From: an uncultured Methylophilaceae bacterium
GTDB lineage: Bacteria; Pseudomonadota; Gammaproteobacteria; Burkholderiales; Methylophilaceae
Direction: 5' to 3'
NCBI GenBank assembly: GCA_964511385.1
Contig: CAZEFE010000004.1
Coordinates: 85,111 to 149,110 of the forward strand
Length of the DNA: 64,000 bases
The notes under the pieces were generated by a model. It was not told where the DNA came from and did no database searches. It was given only the letters and a program-made list of their open reading frames with translations. Position numbers and translations under genes: made by a program. Positions 1-9,142 of this stretch are shown here, one piece after another; position 1 is the stretch's first letter, and every line of letters starts with the position of its first letter.

Positions 1-161
1 CTCAGCAACATCAGCTTCCGGTATCCCTCCCGCTTCACCCCTTTGGGGCTACGCAATCTGTCACTTCCTTTGCAACTCGCCTAAACCGCGCCAGACATGC
101 CGGTTATGGGCGCAGCGGCTCCGAAAAGCAGATTCACTTAACCCACCAAAGGAGAAAGACC

Positions 162-617
162 ATGAACAACGCAACCAATCAGCCACAAAGCCAAACCTCA
201 AAAGCAGAAGGGTTCCACCCCTCTACCCCGGCAGCCCACCAAAAAGCATATGTTGAAAGCAATGCAGAAGCACAGGCAAGGTCGCAACTGGAAAGCATCA
301 TGGAAATGGTTGAAGCCTTAACCACGGATGACGAGGATGAAGCCCGCGAAGCTATTCAGGATGACCCCTTGAGCGTTCTAGTGCGTAGCGGCTGGCATAT
401 ACCTGGTGAAGAGGCAGAACCGGAAGAGTTTGAAATCCTGTTGTGTACCGGTGGCCCTGCTGTTCGCATCATTGGGGCATTGAATGACGGACAACCTACC
501 AGACCACGCTTGCAGTATCAGGACTGGGGAACGCCTTGGACGGAGTACATCATTCCGGCAGGTGATGAACGTGATGCCTTGGAAACGTACTGCCAGCAAT
601 TTTACTTTGGAGAATGA
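162..617 (+). CDS. hypothetical acidic protein, 151 aa, no family recognised
   Basis: Intact ORF with an AAGGAG Shine-Dalgarno about 7 nt before the ATG. Translation is Asp/Glu-rich. GC is visibly lower than in the housekeeping genes to the right. Confidence 0.55.
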   Translation: MNNATNQPQSQTSKAEGFHPSTPAAHQKAYVESNAEAQARSQLESIMEMVEALTTDDEDEAREAIQDDPLSVLVRSGWHIPGEEAEPEEFEILLCTGGPAVRIIGALNDGQPTRPRLQYQDWGTPWTEYIIPAGDERDALETYCQQFYFGE

Positions 618-620
618 ATC

Positions 621-761
621 ATGTGGAATGTAACAAAACAAGTTTTGAAGTGGCTGTGGAAAGCGCTGGTCTTTGTGTTCAGGCTGTGGTGGCGGTGGAT
701 GAAGTGGAGTTTCAAGCTGGCTTTCATTCTCTTGATGCTGCATAAAATTATTGGCCGATGA
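621..761 (+). CDS. candidate small Trp/Lys/Arg-rich membrane peptide, 46 aa (below ORF-track cutoff)
   Basis: Hand translation: MWNVTKQVLKWLWKALVFVFRLWWRWMKWSFKLAFILLMLHKIIGR. The ATG lies 3 nt after the stop of the 162-617 ORF, with GGAGA about 5 nt upstream. Two hydrophobic stretches flank a cationic Trp-rich core. Confidence 0.35.
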   Translation: MWNVTKQVLKWLWKALVFVFRLWWRWMKWSFKLAFILLMLHKIIGR

Positions 762-779
762 CAAGATTAATGGTGTCTT

Positions 780-857
780 CGGGGACAATTCGGGGACAGT
801 TCCAGCGGATACGGCTGGACACTCGGGGACAATTTGGGGACAATGGGGACAAATTTT
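780..857. repeat. five direct copies of GGGGACA(A/G)(T/A)T, starts 781, 792, 825, 836, 845, flanking a CCAGC-N7-GCTGG inverted repeat (803-819)
   Basis: Read directly from the sequence. Spacings between starts are 11, 33, 11 and 9 bp, roughly helically phased. The array is non-coding, between the small ORFs and tRNA-Ser. Confidence 0.8.
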
Positions 858-916
858 GAGCGGTTGTTGCTCAAGATTTAATCAGCAGGTTTCAGTCAAT
901 AGTGGCTAAACCGTGG

Positions 917-953
917 AAATAAAAAACCCGCAAAGCCAATAGCAATGCGGGTT
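917..953 (-). terminator. rho-independent terminator downstream of tRNA-Ser
   Basis: 8-bp stem AACCCGCA/TGCGGGTT (925-932 / 946-953), followed on the minus strand by TTTTTTATTT. Confidence 0.7.
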
Positions 954-962
954 TTCAAGGGG

Positions 963-1057
963 TGGCGGAGAGCGAGGGATTCGAACCCTCGATACAGGTT
1001 TAAAGCCCGTATGCTTCCTTAGCAGGGAAGTGCCTTCGACCACTCGGCCAGCTCTCC
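963..1057 (-). tRNA. tRNA-Ser (anticodon GCT), CCA encoded
   Basis: The reverse complement folds by hand: acceptor GGAGAGC/GCTCTCC, anticodon stem CTTCC/GGAAG with loop CTGCTAA, a long variable arm, and T-arm CGAGG-GTTCGAATC-CCTCG. Confidence 0.9.
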
Positions 1058-1115
1058 GCAAGAGGGCGCAAGAATACCGTTTTACGCCTTAAAGGTCAAA
1101 TGGCTGATTTGTTGA

Positions 1116-2345
1116 TCAGCTTGCCTGATCCAGTTCAAACGCCTTGTGCAGCACGCGCACGGCCAGTTCCAGGTATTTTTCGTCAATCACCACGGAAATC
1201 TTGATTTCCGAAGTGGAGATCATCTGGATGTTGATGCCTTCTTCCGCCAGGGTGCGGAACATCTGGCTGGCGATGCCGACGTGCGAGCGCATGCCGACGC
1301 CGACCACTGACACCTTGGCGATCTTGTCGTCGCCGGTGATTTCGCGCGCGCCGATGTGGCCTTGTACCTTGTCCTTGAGGATGGCGAGCGTCTTGTTCAG
1401 TTCGTTCTTGTGCACGGTGAAGGTGAAGTCCGTTGTTCCATCAGCCCCCACGTTCTGGATAATCATGTCCACATCAATGTTGGCGTCAGCCACCGGCCCC
1501 AGGATCTGGTAGGCAATGCCGGGGCGATCGGGCACGCCCAGCACGGTGATTTTGGCTTCGTCGCGATTAAAGGCGATGCCGGAGATGATAGGTTGTTCCA
1601 TGTTGTCTTTTTCCTCAAACGTAATCAGCGTGCCGTCGCCGTCTTCTTCAAAGCTGGACAGCACGCGCAATTTAACCTTGTACTTGCCGGCGAATTCGAC
1701 CGAGCGGATTTGCAGCACCTTGGAGCCCTGGCTGGCGAGTTCCAGCATTTCCTCGAAGGTGATCGAATCCAGCCGTCTGGCATCCGGCACGATGCGCGGG
1801 TCGGTGGTGTAGACCCCGTCCACATCGGTGTAGATCTGGCATTCGTCGGCCTTGAGCGCCGCGGCCATCGCCACGCCGGTGGTGTCGGAACCGCCGCGCC
1901 CCAGCGTGGTGATGTTGCCGTTTTCGTCCACGCCTTGGAAGCCGGCGACCACCACCACGTAGCCAGCATTGAGGTCGGCGCGGATGCGCTCTTCGTCTAT
2001 GCTCAGGATGCGCGCCTTGGTGTGGGCGTCGTCGGTCACGATGCGCACCTGCGCGCCGGTGTAACTCCTGGCCTTCAATCCCAAATCCATCAGCGCCATC
2101 GAAGTCAGCGCAATGGTGACTTGCTCGCCGGTGGACACCATCTGGTCTAGTTCGCGCGGATCGGGTTCCGGCATGATTTCCTTGGCCAGCGAGATCAACC
2201 GGTTGGTTTCGCCCGACATGGCGGAAACCACCACCACCACTTGATGCCCCATTGCCTTGTAACGCGCCACCCGGCGCGCCACGTTGCGGATACGCTCTGG
2301 CGAACCAACAGAGGTTCCGCCGTATTTCTGTACGATTAATGCCAT
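1116..2345 (-). CDS. lysC: aspartate kinase
   Basis: N-terminus [14 protein letters not shown] (amino-acid kinase fold) with C-terminal ACT-like repeats. The ORF-track start is a TTG 12 nt upstream; I prefer the ATG at 2345. Confidence 0.93.
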   Translation of the reverse strand: MALIVQKYGGTSVGSPERIRNVARRVARYKAMGHQVVVVVSAMSGETNRLISLAKEIMPEPDPRELDQMVSTGEQVTIALTSMALMDLGLKARSYTGAQVRIVTDDAHTKARILSIDEERIRADLNAGYVVVVAGFQGVDENGNITTLGRGGSDTTGVAMAAALKADECQIYTDVDGVYTTDPRIVPDARRLDSITFEEMLELASQGSKVLQIRSVEFAGKYKVKLRVLSSFEEDGDGTLITFEEKDNMEQPIISGIAFNRDEAKITVLGVPDRPGIAYQILGPVADANIDVDMIIQNVGADGTTDFTFTVHKNELNKTLAILKDKVQGHIGAREITGDDKIAKVSVVGVGMRSHVGIASQMFRTLAEEGINIQMISTSEIKISVVIDEKYLELAVRVLHKAFELDQAS

Positions 2346-2434
2346 ATTCAAATCCAAAAATTAAACCGCAGATGAACGCCGATGAACGCAGATAACCCCG
2401 GTTTTAATCGGCGTTTATCCGCATTTGTCGGCGG

Positions 2435-5059
2435 TTAATTCAGTTTTTCCTTCACCCAGCCTGCAACGCTTGCCAGTGCCTGCGGCAGTTGCGCCGGCTC
2501 AGTGCCGCCGGCCATCGCCAGATCCGGCTTGCCACCGCCTTTGCCGCCCACCTGCCCGGCAACGAAATTGACCAGTTCGCCGGCTTTGAGTTTCCCGACC
2601 AGGTCAGTCGTCACGCCCGCCGCCAGGCTGACCTTGCCGTCACTGCTGGAAGCCAGCACGATGGCGGCGGATTTCAGCTTGTCCTTCAGCTTGTCCATGG
2701 TTTCGCGCAGGCCGTTGGCGTCCGCGCCTTCCAGTACCGCAGCCAGCACCTTGATGCCGCTTATGTCCACGGCCTGGTCGGCCAGGTCGTCGCCCTGGCT
2801 TGAAGCCAGTTTGGATTTCAGCCGTGCCAGTTCTTTTTCCAGCGTCTTGACGTTATCCATGATCTGCACGATCTTGGTGGGGATTTCGTGTACAGGTGCC
2901 TTGAGTTCGCCGGAAGCCTGGTTGAGTATTAGTTGTTGAGCTTGCACCAGTTTCAACGCGCCTTCGCCAGTGGTGGCTTCGACGCGGCGCACGCCTGCCG
3001 CCACGCCGCCCTCAGTGACGATCTTGAACAGGCCGATGTCGCCGGTTCTTGAGACATGGGTGCCGCCGCACAGTTCGCGGCTGGAGCCGATATCCAGCAC
3101 CCGCACTTCGTCGCCGTATTTCTCGCCGAACAGCATCATGGCGCCGGTCTTCTGCGCCGATTCGATGTCCATCACGCGCGCCTGGCAGGCGGCGTTGGCC
3201 AGGATTTCGGCATTGACCTTGGTTTCTACTTGTCGGATTTCCTCGTCCGTCATCGGTGCGTTGTGCACGAAGTCGAAGCGGGTCTTGTCACTATCCACCA
3301 GCGAGCCTTTTTGCTGCACATGCTCGCCCAGCACTTCACGCAAGGCCTTGTGCATCAGGTGGGTGGCGGAGTGGTTGCGCATGGTGGCGGCACGGGCCTG
3401 GGTATTGACGCGCGCGCTGACGCTGTCGCCCACTGCCAGCTTGCCGGTCTTGAGCACGCCATGGTGGCCGAATACCGTGGCCTGGATTTTTTGCGTGTCT
3501 TCCACGGCGAAAATGCCGTTGCTGCCTTTCAACTCGCCGTTGTCGCCGATCTGGCCGCCGGATTCGGCGTAGAACGGGGTGTTGTCCAGCACCACCACGC
3601 CAAGGTCGCCTTCGTGCAATTCGCTCACGGCCGCGCCGTCCTTGTACAGCGCCAGCACCTTGGCTGGGGTTTCCAGTTTTTCATAACCGTGGAAAGTGGT
3701 GGCCTGGCCTTCGTATTCCAGCACATGCGCCATCTTGAACTTGCCGGCGGCGCGGGCTTGTTCCTTCTGGTGCGCCATGGCCTTGTCAAAGGCGGCAGCG
3801 TCCACGCTGATGCCGTGCTCGCGGCAGATGTCTTGTGTCAGGTCGAGCGGGAAGCCGTAGGTGTCGTGGAGCTTGAAGGCGGTTTCGCCATTGAAAACCT
3901 TGACGTCGGCCTTGGACATTTCCGCCAGGTCGGCTTCCAGAATCGCCATGCCGTGTTCAATGGTTTCAAAGAAACGATTTTCTTCCTGATGCAGGATGTC
4001 GGTCACGCGCTGTTGGCCGTCTTTCAGTTCCGGGTAGGCTGCGCCCATCGCATTGACCAAATCGGCCACCATCTTGTGGAAGAATGCCTTGCGCGCACCC
4101 AGCTTGTAACCGTGGCGAATGGCGCGGCGGATGATGCGGCGCAGCACGTAGCCGCGGCCTTCGTTGCCGGGGATCACGCCGTCGGCGATGAGGAAGGAAC
4201 AGGCGCGGATGTGGTCGGCCAGCACCTTGAGGCTGGGACTGCCCATGTCCGTGGTTTGGGTTTCGCGCGCGGCGGCGGCAATCAGGCTCTGGAACAGGTC
4301 AATCTCGTAATTGGCATGCACGTGTTGCAGCACGGCGGAGATACGCTCCAGGCCCATGCCGGTATCCACGCTGGGCTTGGGCAGGGGGTGCATCACGCCG
4401 GCTTCGTCGCGGTTGAACTGCATGAACACGTTGTTCCAGATTTCGATGAAACGGTCGCCGTCTTCGTCAGGAGAACCGGGCGGCCCGCCGGGGATGTGCG
4501 CGCCGTGGTCGTAGAAAATCTCGGTGCAGGGGCCGCAGGGGCCGGTGTCGCCCATCATCCAGAAATTGTCGCTGGCGTAGCGCGCGCCCTTGTTGTCGCC
4601 GATGCGGATAATGCGCTCTTTCGGCACGCCGATGTCGTTGGCCCAGATGTCGTAGGCTTCGTCGTCCTCGGCATAGACCGTCACCGTCAGTTTGTCGGCG
4701 GGAATCTTGAACACGACGGTGAGCAGTTCCCATGCGTAGTGGATGGCGTCTTTCTTGAAATAATCGCCGAAGCTGAAATTGCCCAGCATTTCGAAAAAGG
4801 TGTGGTGGCGTGCGGTGTAGCCGACATTTTCCAGGTCGTTGTGCTTGCCGCCGGCACGTACGCATTTCTGGCTGGTGGTGGCGCGGGTGTAGGGGCGCTT
4901 GTCGAAGCCGAGGAACACATCCTTGAACTGGTTCATGCCGGCGTTGGTGAACAGCAGGGTCGGGTCGCCGTGCGGCACCAGGGAGCTTGAGGCCACCACG
5001 GTGTGGCCCTTGGAGGCGAAAAAGTCCAGAAATGCCTGTCTGATTTCGTTGCTTGTCAT
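2435..5059 (-). CDS. alaS: alanine--tRNA ligase
   Basis: 874 aa. Starts [19 protein letters not shown], and carries editing-domain motifs HSATHLMH and CGGTH. Confidence 0.97.
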   Translation of the reverse strand: MTSNEIRQAFLDFFASKGHTVVASSSLVPHGDPTLLFTNAGMNQFKDVFLGFDKRPYTRATTSQKCVRAGGKHNDLENVGYTARHHTFFEMLGNFSFGDYFKKDAIHYAWELLTVVFKIPADKLTVTVYAEDDEAYDIWANDIGVPKERIIRIGDNKGARYASDNFWMMGDTGPCGPCTEIFYDHGAHIPGGPPGSPDEDGDRFIEIWNNVFMQFNRDEAGVMHPLPKPSVDTGMGLERISAVLQHVHANYEIDLFQSLIAAAARETQTTDMGSPSLKVLADHIRACSFLIADGVIPGNEGRGYVLRRIIRRAIRHGYKLGARKAFFHKMVADLVNAMGAAYPELKDGQQRVTDILHQEENRFFETIEHGMAILEADLAEMSKADVKVFNGETAFKLHDTYGFPLDLTQDICREHGISVDAAAFDKAMAHQKEQARAAGKFKMAHVLEYEGQATTFHGYEKLETPAKVLALYKDGAAVSELHEGDLGVVVLDNTPFYAESGGQIGDNGELKGSNGIFAVEDTQKIQATVFGHHGVLKTGKLAVGDSVSARVNTQARAATMRNHSATHLMHKALREVLGEHVQQKGSLVDSDKTRFDFVHNAPMTDEEIRQVETKVNAEILANAACQARVMDIESAQKTGAMMLFGEKYGDEVRVLDIGSSRELCGGTHVSRTGDIGLFKIVTEGGVAAGVRRVEATTGEGALKLVQAQQLILNQASGELKAPVHEIPTKIVQIMDNVKTLEKELARLKSKLASSQGDDLADQAVDISGIKVLAAVLEGADANGLRETMDKLKDKLKSAAIVLASSSDGKVSLAAGVTTDLVGKLKAGELVNFVAGQVGGKGGGKPDLAMAGGTEPAQLPQALASVAGWVKEKLN

Positions 5060-5077
5060 GTGTTTTTTTAATCCAGC

Positions 5078-5515
5078 TTAGTCGTTCGTTTCATCCGGCG
5101 CTTCATTCAAGACCCGCTTGATGACATCAAATCCAAATCCGCGGCTTTGTAAAAAGCGCGCCTGCTTTGCCCATTCCTCGCGGTTTTCCGGCGGCCCGCC
5201 ATATTTGCGCCGGCAGATGGCGCGGGCGTTGGCCAAATCCGTATCGGCCAGTTCGCTCACCGCTTGGTCCGCCAGTGTTTCGCTGACGCCTTTTTCGCGC
5301 AGTTCGTGCGCCACTTTCAGGCTGCCGTAGCGGCCCTTCCGGCTATGCACCACCTGCTCGGCAAAGCGCTCGTCGGAGAGCCAGCCGCGCCGCTGAAAAT
5401 CGTCCAGCAATGCCTCGAGGTCATCGCCTTCTTCCGCGAACCCGGCCAACTTGTGTTGCAGTTCGCGGCGAGAATGCTCGCGGCGCGAAAGATAATTCAG
5501 CGCGCGCTGCCGCAA
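5078..5515 (-). CDS. recX: recombination regulator RecX
   Basis: 145-aa helical-repeat protein (ALNYLSRREHSRRELQHKL) immediately downstream of recA. Confidence 0.88.
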   Translation of the reverse strand: MRQRALNYLSRREHSRRELQHKLAGFAEEGDDLEALLDDFQRRGWLSDERFAEQVVHSRKGRYGSLKVAHELREKGVSETLADQAVSELADTDLANARAICRRKYGGPPENREEWAKQARFLQSRGFGFDVIKRVLNEAPDETND

Positions 5516-5531
5516 TGAAAGAGGGGGCGCG

Positions 5532-6569
<1,038 letters not shown>

Positions 6570-6663
6570 GCCGTAAACCCCTAAGCCCGTAAAAGGGGCA
6601 AATTATGTCATAAATCAGGTGCTAAGGTAAGCGTGAAGGGAGGCTGCGTGCGAGGGCGTGCCA

Positions 6664-6710
6664 CATAAAAGCCGAACGGCCTCGTGCAGTTTTGGCACGA
6701 GGCCGTTCGG
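6664..6710 (-). terminator. rho-independent terminator after the Cys-rich small gene
   Basis: Perfect 16-bp stem CCGAACGGCCTCGTGC/GCACGAGGCCGTTCGG (6672-6687 / 6695-6710), followed on the minus strand by CTTTTAT. Confidence 0.8.
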
Positions 6711-6753
6711 GTTGTGGTTCAGGTCTTGCGTGCGGCAAGACCGGGTTCAAAAG

Positions 6754-7020
6754 CTACTTGGCATCCTTGCATGATTTGGCGTCAGCGGAGCTCGCGTTGC
6801 CGGAACTCACCTTGCATTGCGCCATGCATCCTTCGTCTGCCAATCCTGCCGGGTCCGGCGTGCAGACTGCCGCACAATGTCCGGCACTGTCATCGCGGCT
6901 GCTTTGCTGGCTGCCGCAAGAAAGGGCGTTTTGTGGGTCGGATTTCGCCGAGGCGGCGACGGGAACTGCCAGCAAAGCTGACAAAGCCAGGGTTGTTGCG
7001 ACTAATCGTAAGTTAAACAT
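6754..7020 (-). CDS. small secreted cysteine-rich protein, 88 aa, unknown function
   Basis: Strong AGGAGG about 8 nt before the ATG at 7020. Sec-type signal peptide MFNLRLVATTLALSALLAVPVAASA. The mature part has 6 Cys arranged C-x13-C-x3-C-x11-C-x3-C-x14-C. The gene has its own terminator. Confidence 0.65.
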   Translation of the reverse strand: MFNLRLVATTLALSALLAVPVAASAKSDPQNALSCGSQQSSRDDSAGHCAAVCTPDPAGLADEGCMAQCKVSSGNASSADAKSCKDAK

Positions 7021-7101
7021 ATCCACCTCCTCCTAGGTTACGCACGAAGGCAGATGTTGAAATATCAGCCTCGTGCAAACAGGCCTAACGTCAAATTGAT
7101 C

Positions 7102-7124
7102 CTGATAAAAACTGCATTTATCAG
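7102..7124. promoter_or_regulatory. perfect 8-bp inverted repeat CTGATAAA-N7-TTTATCAG upstream of the Cys-rich gene
   Basis: Seen directly. It lies about 80-100 nt upstream of the 7020 start and downstream of the cinA stop. AT-rich, so a candidate operator rather than a terminator. Confidence 0.3.
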
Positions 7125-7162
7125 TACCGGTTGTACATCTTTATAGTAGTTATATTGGGTGG

Positions 7163-7738
7163 TCATCCGTCTGCATCACCACAAACATTCGACCCCCGTC
7201 TGCTGCTGAAGGTTCCCGGGCAATGATCCTGCCCAAGCGGTTCCGAAACTGATTGCGATCTCCGAACCACACCTTCAAGGCAATCATACACCGATTGTTT
7301 GCGCACGGTGTTACGGTCACCTTTGAATAGTCTTGTGGTGCTGGCACTGGCTCCTGAACTGTCCGCCCAGGCCAGGCACACCGTACCCACCGGCTTGTCC
7401 GCCGTGCCGCCATCCGGCCCGGCAATGCCGGTGATGGCCGCCGCGACATCGGCGTGGCTATGGTTGAGCGCGCCCACAGCCATCTCCAGCGCGGTTTGCT
7501 CACCGACGGCGCCGTGCTGTTGCAGCGTGGACGGGGATACCCCCAGCATTTCAATTTTGGCGGCGTTGCTGTAGGTGACAAAGCCGCGCTCGAGCCAGGC
7601 GGAACTGCCGGGAATGGACGTGACGTACTGCGCCGCCATGCCGCCGGTGCAGGATTCGGCGAGGGCCAGCTTCCAGCCTTTTTGTTTGAGCGCTGCGCCC
7701 AGTTCGGCGGCAAGGTTCAGGAGTTCGCTGTCATCCAT
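7163..7738 (-). CDS. pncC: CinA-family nicotinamide-nucleotide amidohydrolase (PncC domain) with about 30-aa C-terminal tail
   Basis: LALAESCTGG motif, ITGIAGPDGG, and FKGDRNTVRKQSV near the usual C-terminus. Confidence 0.85.
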   Translation of the reverse strand: MDDSELLNLAAELGAALKQKGWKLALAESCTGGMAAQYVTSIPGSSAWLERGFVTYSNAAKIEMLGVSPSTLQQHGAVGEQTALEMAVGALNHSHADVAAAITGIAGPDGGTADKPVGTVCLAWADSSGASASTTRLFKGDRNTVRKQSVYDCLEGVVRRSQSVSEPLGQDHCPGTFSSRRGSNVCGDADG

Positions 7739-8208
7739 GCCAGTGCTTTCAACACGGCCAGCGCATAACCCGCCGCCAGCAGGTCATCGAACATCACGCC
7801 GAAGCCGCCTTTGAGCCGGGCGTCACATTGGCGGATCGGGAACGGTTTCCAGATGTCGAACAGGCGGAACAGGGCGAAACTTAAGGTGATCCATAACGCA
7901 GTACGCGGCATCAGGGCGAGGATCAGCCATAAAGCGACCATTTCATCCCAGACAATGGCGCCGTGGTCGGAAACGCCTAACGCCTTGCCGGTGACATTGC
8001 AGCACCACACGCCGAACAGGAACAGCAGGGCGATGACGGCCAGCGCGTACGCAATATTGGTTGGCGCCGGAACCAGCAGGAACAGCGGGATCGCCAGCAG
8101 CGAGCCTGCCGTGCCGGGGCCTTTGGGTACCAGCCCGCTACCGAAGCCCAGCGAGAAATAGTGCGCCGGGTGCGACAGCATGAATTTAAGGTTGGGCGAA
8201 GTGGTCAT
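7717..8208 (-). CDS. pgpA: phosphatidylglycerophosphatase A
   Basis: GFGSGL...PGTAGSL motif in a membrane protein, located downstream of thiL. The start could instead be the Met at 8181. Confidence 0.88.
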   Translation of the reverse strand: MTTSPNLKFMLSHPAHYFSLGFGSGLVPKGPGTAGSLLAIPLFLLVPAPTNIAYALAVIALLFLFGVWCCNVTGKALGVSDHGAIVWDEMVALWLILALMPRTALWITLSFALFRLFDIWKPFPIRQCDARLKGGFGVMFDDLLAAGYALAVLKALAWMTANS

Positions 8209-9142
8209 AGCCGCTGCCTTCGAATGTCACTGGGTTGCCTTGCTTGTCCAGCACGCGCAGTTCGCGCCCGGCCGTAATCTTGCCGATGCGGGTGAGGCGG
8301 ATGTTGAGTTTGTCGCGTAGCGAGTCAATGTAGCTTTCCTGGTTTTCCGGCGCGGTAAAACACAGTTCGTAGTCGTCGCCGCCGGCCAACAGGCAGTGCA
8401 AGCCCAGCGGTTGGGACATGAAGCCGGCCAGGTTGGCCGAGCGCGGAACAAGGTCGAGTTTGATCTCGGCGCCGCAGTTGGAACGCTGCAGGATGTGGCC
8501 GAGGTCTGCCACCAGGCCATCGGAAATATCAATTGCCGCACGGGCATGTCCGCGCAGGCCCAGCCCAAGGGTAACGCGCGGCTGGGGGCTGTGCAGCGCG
8601 GGCAGGCAGGGTTCCAGGCCTGCCATCGGTATTTTGCCGTGCAGCCCGGCCAGTGCCAGCGCAGCATTGCCAAGCTGGCCGGAAATCCAGATGTCGTCGC
8701 CGATTTTTGCACTGTCGCGTCGGAGTGCTGTGCCACGGGGGACTTCGCCCATGATTTGCACGGAAAGGGTGAGCGGGCCGCGCGTGGTGTCGCCGCCGAT
8801 CAGATCCACGCCGAAGTGCTGCGCGCAGTCGAAAAATCCTTGGGAAAAAGCCGCCAGCCAGGGTTCGTTGACTTCCGGCAATGCCAGCGCCAGGGTTGCC
8901 CAGCGCGGGTCTGCCCCCATCGCCGCGAGATCGGAAATATTGACCGCCAGCGTTTTCCAGCCCAGTTTTTCCGGGTCGGTATCGGGGAAAAAATGGGTGC
9001 CGGCTACCAGCATGTCGGTGGAAACGACGAGTTCCATGCCTGCACCCACAGTCAGCAAGGCGGCGTCGTCACCCACGCCCAGGGCGGCCTGCGGCGTGGG
9101 GCGGGTGAAATATCTGGCAATGAGGTCGAATTCGGAAGCCAT
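8186..9142 (-). CDS. thiL: thiamine-monophosphate kinase
   Basis: MASEFDLIARYF start, with GDDAA and GGDDYEL motifs of the ThiL/AIR-synthase-like fold. Confidence 0.9.
   Translation of the reverse strand: MASEFDLIARYFTRPTPQAALGVGDDAALLTVGAGMELVVSTDMLVAGTHFFPDTDPEKLGWKTLAVNISDLAAMGADPRWATLALALPEVNEPWLAAFSQGFFDCAQHFGVDLIGGDTTRGPLTLSVQIMGEVPRGTALRRDSAKIGDDIWISGQLGNAALALAGLHGKIPMAGLEPCLPALHSPQPRVTLGLGLRGHARAAIDISDGLVADLGHILQRSNCGAEIKLDLVPRSANLAGFMSQPLGLHCLLAGGDDYELCFTAPENQESYIDSLRDKLNIRLTRIGKITAGRELRVLDKQGNPVTFEGSGYDHFAQP

Noticed and set aside
378-788. 136-aa minus-strand ORF overlapping the 162-617 ORF and the small Trp-rich ORF.
   Set aside because: It has no ribosome-binding site that I can see, and the translation is unremarkable. 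The plus-strand ORF has a good Shine-Dalgarno and a coupled downstream ORF. Only one can plausibly be real, and I favour the plus strand.
2414-2422. TTATCCGCA, a one-mismatch DnaA-box-like 9-mer.
   Set aside because: It is a single isolated near-match with no cluster of boxes and no AT-rich unwinding element. This is not an origin.
2346-2434. Possible lysine riboswitch upstream of lysC.
   Set aside because: The whole spacer is 89 nt, far shorter than an L-box (about 170-180 nt), and I see none of its conserved helices.
3056-4990. 644-aa ORF on the plus strand opposite alaS. Similar long antisense ORFs occur at 47942-50314 (790 aa, opposite secD/yajC/tgt), 17036-18370, 31006-32439, 33970-35259, 11187-12455, 29287-30414, 36832-37998, 5592-6584 and 23299-24459.
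   Set aside because: Each lies antisense to a gene with an unmistakable housekeeping translation. Their own translations are low-complexity and Ala/Gly/Arg/His-rich, with no recognisable motifs. Long stop-free antisense frames are expected at about 60% GC.
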